Shown: positions 25,716 through 35,589, numbered from the stretch's first letter. The stretch is DNA of 47,849 bases from Nitrospirota bacterium (GCA_027366615.1 DAHXNG010000030.1:1-47849), one strand, 5' to 3'. Program-made: numbers and translations. Notes: generated by a model not told the origin, from the letters alone.

Positions 25716-26249
25716 TTAGGGAAAGACTTCTTCGCCACTCGTCCCCCTTTCAAGACTCGACACTCCCTTTTCCCATCGATCGATCGCCTCGTAGAGGGCG
25801 TCGAACTCGCCCCTAAGGCGGGAAAGAGTGAGGGAAAGCTCCTGCCTGAGACGTCCGCGCCCTTCCTCGAGGATCCCAGAACGTTCACGAGCCTCCCGGA
25901 GGATCCCTTCGGCCTCGAGGCGCGCCTTCCTTGTGGCCTCCTCGGCCTGACTTCGAGCATCGCGAAGGATCTGGTCCGCCTCCCGGCGGGCCACAGCCTT
26001 CCACTCTTCCGCTGCGGCCTGTGCCGCAAGAAGAGTTTGTCCCAGGCTCTCCTCCCGCTTGCGGAGAGATTCCCGCTCGTCCTCGAGCGTCCGGATCTGT
26101 CCGGCAGCTTCTGCCGCGCCTTCAATGAGAGCGGCCACATCGTCAAAAAGGAGGTGGAGAAAGTCGTCGACCTCCCCGGGGGAATAGCCGCGAAAGCTCT
26201 TTGAAAACTCGTGGCTTCGAAGGTCGGACAGGCGGGTGTGGTCAATCAT
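25716..26249 (-). CDS. divIVA: DivIVA-domain cell-division protein
   Basis: HEFSKSFRGYSPGEVDDFL N-terminal DivIVA motif followed by a coiled coil. ATG 26249 is preceded by GAGGAG. Confidence 0.85.
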   Translation of the reverse strand: MIDHTRLSDLRSHEFSKSFRGYSPGEVDDFLHLLFDDVAALIEGAAEAAGQIRTLEDERESLRKREESLGQTLLAAQAAAEEWKAVARREADQILRDARSQAEEATRKARLEAEGILREARERSGILEEGRGRLRQELSLTLSRLRGEFDALYEAIDRWEKGVSSLERGTSGEEVFP

Positions 26250-26296
26250 GCAGTCTCCTCTCTTGGCAGGAGGCCTCGCAGGGTCTTCCACTTTAA

Positions 26297-26533
26297 TCAG
26301 TAGATAAACCGTTCGATGGCCTGGATGATGAAAATGAGGATCAGGGGAGAGAGATCGAGCCCCCCCATCTTTTCCGGCGGAACAAGTCGCCGGATCGGGT
26401 GAAGAAACGGTTCGGTCACATAGTCCATGAAACGGATGATGGGGTTATTGGGATCAGGGCGAACCCAGGAGAGCAGCGCCCGAATGATGACGACCCATGT
26501 AAACGCATTGAGAATATGAGCAAAGAGCGAAAT
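26297..26533 (-). CDS. yggT: YggT/YlmG-family membrane protein (non-canonical start inferred)
   Basis: The last 78 codons of ORF 26297..27025 give ISLFAHILNAFTWVVIIRALLSWV...LDLSPLILIFIIQ, which is YggT-like. There is no ATG, GTG or TTG between the proC stop and the first TM helix. ATT 26533 follows GAAGGAGGA. Confidence 0.65.
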   Translation of the reverse strand: MSLFAHILNAFTWVVIIRALLSWVRPDPNNPIIRFMDYVTEPFLHPIRRLVPPEKMGGLDLSPLILIFIIQAIERFIY

Positions 26534-26556
26534 GGAATCCTCCTTCGGTTTGTCGG

Positions 26557-27387
26557 TTAAAAACGGGAGAGGGTCCGGGATCTTTCGGCCATGGACCGAA
26601 CGGCCTCGATCAGGGCACCGCGGACCCCCAGACGTTCGAGCACGGCGAGCCCCTCGATCGTCGTCCCCGCAGGCGAGGCCACGCGGGACTTGAGGGCTTC
26701 CGGAAGAATCCCCTTCTCGGCCAGGAGCGCCCCTGTCCCGTAGAGGGCCCAGGAGGAAAGGAGCGTCGCCGTCTCCCGGGAGAGCCCTTCCCGAACCCCC
26801 CCGTCGGCCAGCGCCTCGGCGACAAGAGCGAGTATTCCTGGTCCGGAGCCGGCGAGCGCCGTGGCCGCATCGAAGGATTCCTCGGGAAGCCAGAGGGCGC
26901 GGCCCATCCCGGCAAAGACCCCGTACAGGGCGCTTTGCTCCCCGTGGGCGACATCGGGCCCCGCCGCCAAAAGGGTCATCCCCCGCCCGGCAGAAAGGGC
27001 CAGATTGGTCATGGCCCGAACCCATCGAAGGCCGGAGGATCCCCCCCTCAATCGTTCGAGGGAGACTCCCGCCATGACCGAAAGGGCCAGCGTCCCGGGA
27101 GGGAGGAGCGACAGCCCGGAGGCGAGCTCCGAGCCCGGACGAAGGAATATTCCCGGTTTGACGGCCAGGAGCACGAGCCCCGGCCGGTCAGCCTTCCTCG
27201 TTGCCTCGACAAGGGAGGGGAAGACCTCGATCCCCTCCTGCTTCAGGGTCTTCTGCACCTCGACACCCGGGTCGACCACCCGAACCGGCCCGAATGGACC
27301 GTCGTGGCCGGAGAGGTGCCGGGCGAGAACCCCTCCCATCTGACCTCCGCCCACGACAAGGACCGGCCCCGAGAGCTCCGATCCCAT
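26557..27387 (-). CDS. proC: Pyrroline-5-carboxylate reductase
   Basis: VVGGGQMGG NADP fold and a C-terminal ProC signature region (V.SPAGTTIEGL). ATG 27387 gives 276 aa. Confidence 0.87.
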   Translation of the reverse strand: MGSELSGPVLVVGGGQMGGVLARHLSGHDGPFGPVRVVDPGVEVQKTLKQEGIEVFPSLVEATRKADRPGLVLLAVKPGIFLRPGSELASGLSLLPPGTLALSVMAGVSLERLRGGSSGLRWVRAMTNLALSAGRGMTLLAAGPDVAHGEQSALYGVFAGMGRALWLPEESFDAATALAGSGPGILALVAEALADGGVREGLSRETATLLSSWALYGTGALLAEKGILPEALKSRVASPAGTTIEGLAVLERLGVRGALIEAVRSMAERSRTLSRF

Positions 27388-27431
27388 CACCCCGCCTTTC
27401 CGGGTCTTCCCGGCCGACTGTTTTGCCTCTC

Positions 27432-28136
27432 TCACCGCGTCCCTTCCTCGAAAAGAATCCGTCCGATCCTGACCTCGGTCGACCCGCACCGGATCGCCTC
27501 CGAATAATCCTCCGACATCCCCATGGAAAGAGTCTCCATCGATGGAAAGGCTTTCAACGCCTCGCGCCAGAGGAACTCCCCCTCCGAAAAGACCTCCCGC
27601 ACCGGAGGAGCGTTCTTGTCCCCGGGCACCGGCCCCATGACCATGAGCCCTTCGAGAGTCGTCCCGGGGAGTGCCGCCAGGGATTCAATCTCCCGGCCAA
27701 GTGCCTCAGGCAGGATCCCGGTGCGACCGGGATCCCGGCAGACGTTGACCTCGACCAGAACTCCCTGCCGATTCCCCAACGACGCGGCCAGCCGCGAGAC
27801 CGCCTCCCCGTGGGAGACGCTGTCGACGGTATCGATCCGATAGAGAGGACGATAATAACGCTTGAGAGATCGGGTCTGGATCGGCCCGATAAAATGCCAG
27901 AAAAGGGGGGAAGAGAATCCTCCCGGAAGCTCCTCAAGCCGGGAAGTCCAGCTCTCCCAGCGATTTTCTGCCAGATGGCCGACCCCGGCCGAGGCAAGGG
28001 CAAAAAACTCCTCGAAGGTCCGGCCCTTGGTCACGCCCACAAGACGGGGCAAATCGGTGCGTCCGGCGGCCCGGGCCGCCTCTTCGATCCCTCGGCGAAC
28101 AAAGGCGAGATTGGCCGAGACCCTCTCATGGATCAT
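27432..28136 (-). CDS. yggS: YggS-family pyridoxal-phosphate homeostasis protein
   Basis: L..VTK......I......G....GENR pattern, 234 aa. ATG 28136 overlaps the pgeF stop (ATGA). Confidence 0.87.
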   Translation of the reverse strand: MIHERVSANLAFVRRGIEEAARAAGRTDLPRLVGVTKGRTFEEFFALASAGVGHLAENRWESWTSRLEELPGGFSSPLFWHFIGPIQTRSLKRYYRPLYRIDTVDSVSHGEAVSRLAASLGNRQGVLVEVNVCRDPGRTGILPEALGREIESLAALPGTTLEGLMVMGPVPGDKNAPPVREVFSEGEFLWREALKAFPSMETLSMGMSEDYSEAIRCGSTEVRIGRILFEEGTR

Positions 28137-28801
28137 GGTCGGGGAAGAATATAGTTGATCATTGAGCGGCCTTTTCTCTCCCCCCCCATTCCCCGGTGGG
28201 AAAAAAAGAGGTCCGGGTGGCATCGCGTGCAGAGGGGGAGGCTCCCGATATTTTCCGGAAGAAGGCCCATCTCTTCGAGCTGAAAAGCCACAAGCCCCCG
28301 GATGTCGAGCTTGGAGGTCGAGGGCGGACGGTAACCGGGGGTTCCCGTTCCAACGGCCTCCCAGACCTCGGAGCCAACTTCGTAGCAGCAGGGACCGATG
28401 GCGGGCCCCAGGACCGCCCGCATCTCCCGCGCCGGACCACCCCCCTCCCGAAGGAGATGGCGAACCCCCTCCCGGGCGATACCGGAGGTCGCCCCCCGCC
28501 ATCCGGCATGAAGAGCTGCCACATGGCGCCCCGAGCGGGAGGAGAGGAAGACCGGAAGGCAGTCGGCCGTCCAGACACCGACGGGACGGCCCCCCGGCCC
28601 CGAGAAAAGGCCATCCCCGGAAGAAGGCACTCCAGCAGACAGAATCTCGATCTCCGGGAGAACGGTCGTCCCGTGAACCTGCCGAAGCGTCACTGCCTCG
28701 CGGCTTTTCCCGAGTTCTTGTCCGAAGTCCCCTCTTGACAGGCGCGTTCCGAAGCCGTGCTCCACACCCAAAAGAGTCAGCAGGGAATGGGCAAGCTCCA
28801 T
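28133..28801 (-). CDS. pgeF: Peptidoglycan editing factor PgeF (YfiH/DUF152 laccase-domain protein)
   Basis: Motifs L.QVHG, ADC.PV, HAGWRG and C...C....F.S.R. The start shares 1 nt with the ftsZ stop. Confidence 0.85.
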   Translation of the reverse strand: MELAHSLLTLLGVEHGFGTRLSRGDFGQELGKSREAVTLRQVHGTTVLPEIEILSAGVPSSGDGLFSGPGGRPVGVWTADCLPVFLSSRSGRHVAALHAGWRGATSGIAREGVRHLLREGGGPAREMRAVLGPAIGPCCYEVGSEVWEAVGTGTPGYRPPSTSKLDIRGLVAFQLEEMGLLPENIGSLPLCTRCHPDLFFSHRGMGGERKGRSMINYILPRP

Positions 28802-29979
28802 CAGGGATCGCTCCTCTTTCTCCAGATCGCCGGGCGCTCCGAGAGCCCCTCCTCCTCGGCTATAGCCGGAGGAGCCGGCTCCCGGGCCGGGGGGCGGGGA
28901 TGCTGGGAGGCCTGGCGCCGCAGATAGGCCGGCATCTCCTCCTGCCCCTCCGCGAAGACTTCCTCGGAGGTCTCCGCCGGTGCCTCCGGCTCGGCCGGCC
29001 GGTCGAAGCCCGTGGCGATCACCGTGATGTAGATCTCCTCCATCGGATGGTCCTCCACGACCGTTCCGAAGATGAGGTTGGCCGATCCCTTCTCCGCCGC
29101 CTCCTCGATGAGACGGGAGGCCTCAGTGATCTCGTTTAAAGTCATGTTCGAGCCCCCCCGGAAATTCACGAGGATACCCCGCGCCCCGCGAATCGAGCTG
29201 TCCTCGAGGAGCGGGCTGTTGATCGCCCTCTCGGCGGCTTCCCGGGCACGGTTCGGCCCGGAGGCCGTCCCGATCCCCATGACGGCGCGCCCCATGTTGG
29301 ACATGGTCGTCTTGACATCGGCAAAGTCGAGGTTGATGAGACCCGGACGGGTAATGATGTCCGAGATCCCCTGAACGCCCTGGCGGAGCACGTCGTCGGC
29401 CTTCTTGAAGGCGTCGATCAGGGGGGTTCCCCGGTCGACCACCGATTCGAGCCGGTCGTTGGGTATGACGATCAGCGTGTCGGTATAACGCCGGAGCTCC
29501 CGGAGTCCCTCTTCGGCGTTGCGCCCCCGCTTAGGCCCCTCAAATCCGAAGGGTGTAGTCACGACCGCCACCGTCAGGATCCCCGCTTCGCGGGCCACCT
29601 GGGCAATGACGGGTGCCGCCCCCGTCCCGGTTCCACCGCCCATGCCGGCCGTCACAAAGACCATGTCGGCGCCGATGACCACGGTCCGGATCTTGTCCAT
29701 GTCCTCGATCGCCGAACGGCGACCCACGTCGGGATTGGCTCCAGCGCCCAGCCCCCGGCTTACGGCGCTTCCGATCTGGATCCGCTGGGCATCGATACGG
29801 TTTAACGCCTGGACGTCGGTGTTCACGGCAACGAACTCGACCCCCTTGAGCTCCGACTGGATCATCGAGCGGATGGCGTTGCATCCCCCCCCGCCGACGC
29901 CAATCACCAGGATCCGGGCCCCGAGAATCCCCGACTGCTTGTAATCTATGATGGGCTCATCGCCCCACTCTGACTCCAT
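28801..29979 (-). CDS. ftsZ: Cell division protein FtsZ
   Basis: [11 protein letters not shown] and tubulin signature [10 protein letters not shown]. Confidence 0.97.
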   Translation of the reverse strand: MESEWGDEPIIDYKQSGILGARILVIGVGGGGCNAIRSMIQSELKGVEFVAVNTDVQALNRIDAQRIQIGSAVSRGLGAGANPDVGRRSAIEDMDKIRTVVIGADMVFVTAGMGGGTGTGAAPVIAQVAREAGILTVAVVTTPFGFEGPKRGRNAEEGLRELRRYTDTLIVIPNDRLESVVDRGTPLIDAFKKADDVLRQGVQGISDIITRPGLINLDFADVKTTMSNMGRAVMGIGTASGPNRAREAAERAINSPLLEDSSIRGARGILVNFRGGSNMTLNEITEASRLIEEAAEKGSANLIFGTVVEDHPMEEIYITVIATGFDRPAEPEAPAETSEEVFAEGQEEMPAYLRRQASQHPRPPAREPAPPAIAEEEGLSERPAIWRKRSDP

Positions 29980-30027
29980 GACGACTCTCCCGGAAGGCCC
30001 CGGGATTTCTCCCTTGGCCCGCTTATG

Positions 30028-31323
30028 CTAGATGATTTCCCTGAGCCAGTTCCACAGGCGAACGCCAGCCGGTGGGCCTTCCCGTTCCTTTTTGTCCGAC
30101 TCTGAAGCGGCCGGCCCGGAATCGGAATGGGGAGCCGCCTCCCGGACGGGGACATCGGAGGGAACCCACTGGTCTCTCGCGAAGTAGAGAAGCCCCACTG
30201 CCGACGCATACTCTGGCCCGGAGGTCTGGTCGACAAGACCCTGGACCCGCTCGCCCGGATGGCCCACCGACACGGGCATCTCAAAGATCTTTTCCGCAAA
30301 GGAGGTGATATTCGGCATCCGGGCGACCCCTCCGGTGAGGACGACCCCCCGCGCGAGAAAGGCCCCCTGCCGGAGACGATCGAGATCGGTCTTGACCTTC
30401 CTGAGGATCTCCTCAAGCCGGGCCTCCACCACCTCCCGGACCTGGACGCGTCGTCCGGCCGCCGAAAGCTCCTCCGGCGAGAGCGTCCCGGCCTCTTCGT
30501 CCTCCGGAAGGGGCGGTTCCGCATGGCCCGGAGTACTGAAAACCTCCCGCTTGACGCGCTCGGCATCGGCCTGGGAGATCCGGAGAACCGCCGCAAGATC
30601 CTTCGTCATGGCCGCCCCTCCCAGGGGAACGACCCGCACTCCTGAGAGCGCGCCGTTCAAAAAGAGAACCATTCCGGTCGTGCCGCCGCCGATGTCGACA
30701 ACGCAGACACCCAGCTCCTTGTCGTCTTCGGTAAGCACTGCCCTTGCGCTGGCCAGGGGCTGGAGGATCAGATCTCCGTCGCGCACCTCAAGGCCCGCCC
30801 GCTCCACGCTTCGCTTCAAATTGGCCAGGACCATGTCCGAACCACGGATAACGTGGACCTGGGCCTCGAGCCTCGCCCCCACCATGCCGACAGGGTTCAG
30901 GATCCCCCCCTGCTCGTCGATGCGATACCCCTTGGGAATGGTGTGGAGAAGCTCCGAGGGGGAGCATCCCATCATCGTCCTGGCCTCCTGGAGGATCCGG
31001 GCGATGTCGGACTCAAGGACCTCCCGGTCCTTGAGGGCGATCATCACACGCTGGTCCTGGCCCTCGATCTCTCCCCCGGCAAACCCCACCACGACCCGGG
31101 TCAGGGGATGGCTGGCCTTGCGGCCGGCGATATCGACCGCCTTGCGAATGGCCGCAACGGTTTGCTGAACATCGACGATCGTCCCGTTTCTGATCCCGTG
31201 ATGAGTGGAGGCCGTTCCTATCCCGACAATCTCGAACATGTCCTCTTCAAGAACCTGCCCCACCACGGCGCAGACCTTTGTGGATCCAAGATCGATGGCA
31301 GCAAAAATCGGTTGTTCCGTCAT
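30028..31323 (-). CDS. ftsA: Cell division protein FtsA
   Basis: Actin-like fold (AAIDLGSTKV; VVDIGGGTT). ATG 31323 is preceded by GAGGAA. The annotated upstream start of the ORF is a TTG lying inside the SD. Confidence 0.95.
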   Translation of the reverse strand: MTEQPIFAAIDLGSTKVCAVVGQVLEEDMFEIVGIGTASTHHGIRNGTIVDVQQTVAAIRKAVDIAGRKASHPLTRVVVGFAGGEIEGQDQRVMIALKDREVLESDIARILQEARTMMGCSPSELLHTIPKGYRIDEQGGILNPVGMVGARLEAQVHVIRGSDMVLANLKRSVERAGLEVRDGDLILQPLASARAVLTEDDKELGVCVVDIGGGTTGMVLFLNGALSGVRVVPLGGAAMTKDLAAVLRISQADAERVKREVFSTPGHAEPPLPEDEEAGTLSPEELSAAGRRVQVREVVEARLEEILRKVKTDLDRLRQGAFLARGVVLTGGVARMPNITSFAEKIFEMPVSVGHPGERVQGLVDQTSGPEYASAVGLLYFARDQWVPSDVPVREAAPHSDSGPAASESDKKEREGPPAGVRLWNWLREII

Positions 31324-31455
31324 CAGATTCCTCAAGTCGTTTTAATGTCGTATCGACAAACCACACCCCTTCAAGCGTGCCCATTTTCGCACAATCCGGG
31401 CTCTCCCTCAACCAAGGATCAAAATGGATTTGGAGGGAGATCCCGGGGAAGGTCG

Positions 31456-32313
31456 CTAGGATCGGAGGGAGACAGGCTCGCGCCCGGAAGTCTTCTTCGG
31501 AGGATCCAGCACCGGGCGAAGGACCAGCATCCCCGAAAAGCGCAGGTCGACAGCCTCCGGGATCTTGCCCTGGGCCTGCCCCCCCGAATGCTTCACGAAG
31601 GAGTCGTAGAGCCGGAAGGGCGCACAGCCGAGATCGGTCCCCAAAAGAAGAACCGGAGACTGGCGTCCGGGATCGAAGCGGATTTCGTGGGGACCGTTCA
31701 GACTGTACCAGCTCCCCGCAGGAGAACCTGCCCTCCAGCAACGGGCGACGGTCTGGATCGTCCGGGCAAGACGTCGGCCGACATCGTGAGTCAGCGGCGA
31801 CTTGACGATCACCTGGGGAAGGGCTCCGGTCCCCGGAATGCTCTCGCCGAAAAGGACCTGTCCCCCCTCGACAAGATAGGAGGAGTGGAGGGGAGCGGCC
31901 TGGGGCTTCTGCACCTGAAAGGCCAAGAAACCGTAGGAAGGGAGAAGAACGGCAAGAGGAGCCTTGAGCCGGACGCGAACAATCCGGCCTTCTCCCAAAA
32001 CGAGCTTGATACTCGCCTGGGAAATCCACGGGTGGGAGCTGACGAGATCTGAGAGGATCTCCCGATTGGAATAGGGAAGGGTCCGGAAGGACAGCGGAAC
32101 GACCCACCCCCGTACCGTTTCCGAGGAAAGGACGGGAAGGCCGATCACGGCGGTCTGAAGGGGACGGCTGTGCATTCGGGAAAAACCTGCGACAATCACC
32201 CCCCCCCAGAAAACCCAGAAAAGGACGAGAAGAACATAGCGACCTGTCTTCGGTCGAATCCTTGCCCCTCCGGGAGTCTCCGGGGCTTCCGACTCCGGAG
32301 AAGGGGTGGCCAT
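31456..32313 (-). CDS. ftsQ: Cell division protein FtsQ (POTRA domain)
   Basis: Sits between ddl and ftsA, with a single N-terminal TM helix (YVLLVLFWVFWGGVIVAGF) followed by a POTRA-like domain. Confidence 0.8.
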   Translation of the reverse strand: MATPSPESEAPETPGGARIRPKTGRYVLLVLFWVFWGGVIVAGFSRMHSRPLQTAVIGLPVLSSETVRGWVVPLSFRTLPYSNREILSDLVSSHPWISQASIKLVLGEGRIVRVRLKAPLAVLLPSYGFLAFQVQKPQAAPLHSSYLVEGGQVLFGESIPGTGALPQVIVKSPLTHDVGRRLARTIQTVARCWRAGSPAGSWYSLNGPHEIRFDPGRQSPVLLLGTDLGCAPFRLYDSFVKHSGGQAQGKIPEAVDLRFSGMLVLRPVLDPPKKTSGREPVSLRS

Positions 32314-33293
32314 CAGCGGACGGGGAGGACGGGGGACGCCCCCCGCTCATCGAGAGCGGCCGTGGCGATAAGCTCGAGAAGAAGGTCGGAAAAAGAGAGC
32401 CCCGCGTGGGAGGCAATTTCCGGAAGAAGGGAGGTCGGAGTCAGCCCCGGGAGCGTATTGATCTCAAGGAGGACAAAGACCCCCTCCTCATTCTGGATCG
32501 TATCGAGCCGGCAGGCGCCCCTCACATCGAGCACCCGACAGGCCTCGAGCGTTATCGCGGCAAGCTCCGCGGACTCGTCGGAGGAGAGCGGAGCCGGGCT
32601 TATGTGCCGGGAGCCCCCCGGAACATACTTGGAGGCATAGGTATAGAATGGCTCGGCCTTGTCGGGGATGATCTCGATCGCTCCGAGATATTGCCCCGAA
32701 AGAAGTGCGGACTGGATCTCCCTGCCGGGAATCAGTTGCTCGACAAGCACCCACCGGGAGTATCGTCCGGCCTCGTCAACGGCCGATGAAAGGTCCTCGC
32801 GGCGGGCAACTCGCCTGACTCCGATAGAGGAGCCAGCGGCTTCCGGCTTAACCATATAGGGAGGATCGAAGGAAATGAGGCCGGGAGAAAAGGAGTCGCC
32901 TGTCCGGTGCGCATAGGTCAGGGGAACGGCCAGTCCTCTCTCGCGAAACAGGGCCCGCGAGCGCATCTTGGACATCCCGATGGCCGAGGGCAGAACCCCC
33001 GACCCGGTATAAGGGATCTTCATCGTCTCAAGAAAGCCCTGGAGCGTTCCGTTCTCTCCCCCGCCGCCATGAGTCGCCAGAAAGGCCACATCGGGGGCAA
33101 ATTCCGCAAGCGTCACCGCCAGGGTGCGGTCGGCCTCGAACTCCCGGACGTCAAAACCGGCCTTTTTAAGTGCCTCGGTCACTGCGCGTGCCGACACTCT
33201 GGAGACCTCGGCCTCATCGGACTCTCCGCCCGCCAGAACGGCAATCCGGCGGATCCCTCTAGCGGCCAATTCTTCCCGGCTTATGCGTTCCAT
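32313..33293 (-). CDS. ddl: D-alanine--D-alanine ligase
   Basis: ATP-grasp fold with HG..GEDG-like HGGGGENGTLQG and a C-terminal EINT.PG.T motif. Confidence 0.94.
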   Translation of the reverse strand: MERISREELAARGIRRIAVLAGGESDEAEVSRVSARAVTEALKKAGFDVREFEADRTLAVTLAEFAPDVAFLATHGGGGENGTLQGFLETMKIPYTGSGVLPSAIGMSKMRSRALFRERGLAVPLTYAHRTGDSFSPGLISFDPPYMVKPEAAGSSIGVRRVARREDLSSAVDEAGRYSRWVLVEQLIPGREIQSALLSGQYLGAIEIIPDKAEPFYTYASKYVPGGSRHISPAPLSSDESAELAAITLEACRVLDVRGACRLDTIQNEEGVFVLLEINTLPGLTPTSLLPEIASHAGLSFSDLLLELIATAALDERGASPVLPVR

Positions 33294-34225
33294 ATTCTCA
33301 CCTCGGGCTCAAGAACGACCCCCCATGTCTCCTGCACCGTCTTCGACACGGCGTACATGAGTTCAAGAAAGTCACTGGCCCTCCCGCCCCCGGTATTGAC
33401 GAAAAAGTTCCCGTGGCGGGGGGAGACCATCACGCCTCCGACCGAACGTCCCTTAAGCCCGCTCTCCGCGATTAGTCGTCCGGCAGAGTATCCGGGGGGA
33501 CCTCCCGAGGGATTTCGGAAGACCGAACCCAGGCTCGGCTCTTCAAGGGGCTGGGTCCCCCTCCGGTAGTCGAGATGGGAGGAGAGTCTCGCCTGGCATT
33601 CTCCCGGATCGGCAAATGCCCCCCGCAAGCGGGAGGAAAGAACCACGGCGCCGGACAAGGCATGTCCCGCTCCTGGCTCCCCGGCTGTGAGCCAGGCAGA
33701 AGAGCGATAGCCGTAGCAAAGATCCCGGGCCGGAAGAGTCTCGACCGCCCCGGCTCCCGTCGCAACGGTAACGGACTCGCACAGGTCTGACCACTGGCCG
33801 CTTCCGGCACCGGCGTTCATGACAGTCGCCCCTCCGACGGTTCCCGGGATACCCGACAGGAACTCGAAGCCGGCAACCCCCCGGCGGGCGGCATCCCGCG
33901 CCAGCGCAGGGAGGGAAATTCCGGCATCGACATCAACGGAACCGTCGGAAAACCAGCGGCATCCCGAGGCCCCGTCCCCGTGCTCGAAGCGAACCAGGGT
34001 CCCGCCCAGTCCGGTGTCGGGGAAAAGAATATTGCTCCCTCTCCCGACAAATGCCAGAGGACCGGGAATCTCGCCCCGGCGGTACATCTCAAAGACCTCG
34101 CCCAGAACCTCGCTTGAGGAAAGGGAGACCACGGCGGCCACAGGACCCCCGATGCGAATCGAGGAAAAGCGGCTCAGGCGCTCACGGCATCGGAGGCGTG
34201 GGCGGAGACGGATCGCGGTTGCCAC
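33281..34225 (-). CDS. murB: UDP-N-acetylenolpyruvoylglucosamine reductase
   Basis: FAD-binding GGP, GRGSN.L and GG..VMNAGA motifs, plus SVF.NP. Start set to GTG 34225 (314 aa). It overlaps the murC 3' end, and the start is uncertain. Confidence 0.87.
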   Translation of the reverse strand: MATAIRLRPRLRCRERLSRFSSIRIGGPVAAVVSLSSSEVLGEVFEMYRRGEIPGPLAFVGRGSNILFPDTGLGGTLVRFEHGDGASGCRWFSDGSVDVDAGISLPALARDAARRGVAGFEFLSGIPGTVGGATVMNAGAGSGQWSDLCESVTVATGAGAVETLPARDLCYGYRSSAWLTAGEPGAGHALSGAVVLSSRLRGAFADPGECQARLSSHLDYRRGTQPLEEPSLGSVFRNPSGGPPGYSAGRLIAESGLKGRSVGGVMVSPRHGNFFVNTGGGRASDFLELMYAVSKTVQETWGVVLEPEVRIWNA

Positions 34226-35589
34226 TGAAGAAAGTCCTTTCCAAGACGTGTAATGTCGCCCGCTCCCAATGTGAGAAGAAGGTCTCCCGATTTGAGCATC
34301 CCGTTGAGCCTCTCGACCCAGCGGTCGCGACGGGGCTCGTAGTCGACCCGGTCTTCCCATCGGTCCCGCATCTTTTTGTAAAGCCCCTCGCTCCCGATAC
34401 CCGGGATCGGATCCTCTCCCGCAGAGTAGATCTCGGTCACCAGGATCTTGTCCGCGTCGCAGAAAGACTCGATAAAGGCGTTCTGAAGGTCCCTGACCCG
34501 GGTAAAGCGGTGTGGCTGGAAGACGGCCACGATGCGGCGCCCCGGGTAGGCCAGGCGCGCCGCGGCCAAGGTCGCCCGGATTTCTGTCGGGTGATGGCCG
34601 TAGTCGTCGACGACGACGATCCCGTCGCGCTCTCCCAGAAGAGTGAAGCGCCGCCCCACGCTTTCGAATCGCGCAAGGGCCCCGTGCATGATCTCGGGGG
34701 AAAGTTCGAGACAGATTCCAGCACAGATCGCGGCCAGGGCGTTGAGGATGTTGTGAAGACCCGGAACCCGGAGGGAGAAGCGACCCCAGAGAAAGCCGTC
34801 GACCCGAACGTCAAAGGAGGATCCTATCCCCTCGTGAACAATATTCTCCGCCCGGACGCGGGCGTCAGGGGAGAGTCCGTAGGTCAGGGGAACGGTCGAG
34901 ATACGGTCGACAAGAGATGCGACACCGGGGTCGTCGATGCAGAGGATTCCGATCCCGCCGGTCTCACCGGCATCGAGATAGGTGGCAAAGGCCTGGAGGA
35001 GGTTGTCGAAGGTTCCGTAGAAGTCCATATGTTCGCGGTCGATATTGGTGACGATCCGGAGCCGGGGTTCGAGCTTCATGAAGGATCCGTCACTTTCGTC
35101 CGCCTCGGTCACGAAATACGGAGATCGTCCGACGAGGGCGCATCCGGGGAAGCTCGATACGCGCCCCCCGACGACGCATGTCGGGTCGAGGCCGCCAGCG
35201 ACGAGGAGGGAGGCGACCATGGAGGTCGTCGTCGTCTTCCCGTGGGAGCCCGTCACGGCGATACCGAAGACCGGGTTGACGAGGGAGGCCAGCATCTCCC
35301 CGCGGGAAATGACAGGGATCCCTCGCGTAAGGGCGGCGATCCATTCGGGATTGTTGTGGCGAATAGCGGAGGAGACCACGACCTTGCCTACCCCGTCGGA
35401 GATATTTGCAGCGGAATGGCCAGAGAGGATCGTCGCCCCCTTCTCCGCCAGCCTCCGGGTAGCGTCGTTTGCCCCCTGATCCGACCCCGAAACCGGGAGG
35501 CCTCTCTCAAGCAGAATTTCCGCAATCGGAGCCATTCCGGCTCCGCCAATCCCGATAAAATGAACCATCGATCCCTTTGCCTTCCCCAT
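34174..35589 (-). CDS. murC: UDP-N-acetylmuramate--L-alanine ligase
   Basis: HFIGIGGAGM and Mur ligase GSHGKTTT. ATG 35589 is preceded by GGAGGA. The ORF-track start at 35601 is a GTG lying inside the SD. Confidence 0.94.
   Translation of the reverse strand: MGKAKGSMVHFIGIGGAGMAPIAEILLERGLPVSGSDQGANDATRRLAEKGATILSGHSAANISDGVGKVVVSSAIRHNNPEWIAALTRGIPVISRGEMLASLVNPVFGIAVTGSHGKTTTTSMVASLLVAGGLDPTCVVGGRVSSFPGCALVGRSPYFVTEADESDGSFMKLEPRLRIVTNIDREHMDFYGTFDNLLQAFATYLDAGETGGIGILCIDDPGVASLVDRISTVPLTYGLSPDARVRAENIVHEGIGSSFDVRVDGFLWGRFSLRVPGLHNILNALAAICAGICLELSPEIMHGALARFESVGRRFTLLGERDGIVVVDDYGHHPTEIRATLAAARLAYPGRRIVAVFQPHRFTRVRDLQNAFIESFCDADKILVTEIYSAGEDPIPGIGSEGLYKKMRDRWEDRVDYEPRRDRWVERLNGMLKSGDLLLTLGAGDITRLGKDFLQWQPRSVSAHASDAVSA

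Noticed and set aside
31247-32416. 389-aa same-strand alternative-frame ORF spanning ftsQ and the ddl 3' end.
   Set aside because: The translation is Pro/Arg/Ser-rich junk. The 31456..32313 frame gives a TM-plus-POTRA-type FtsQ with a coupled start at the ddl stop.
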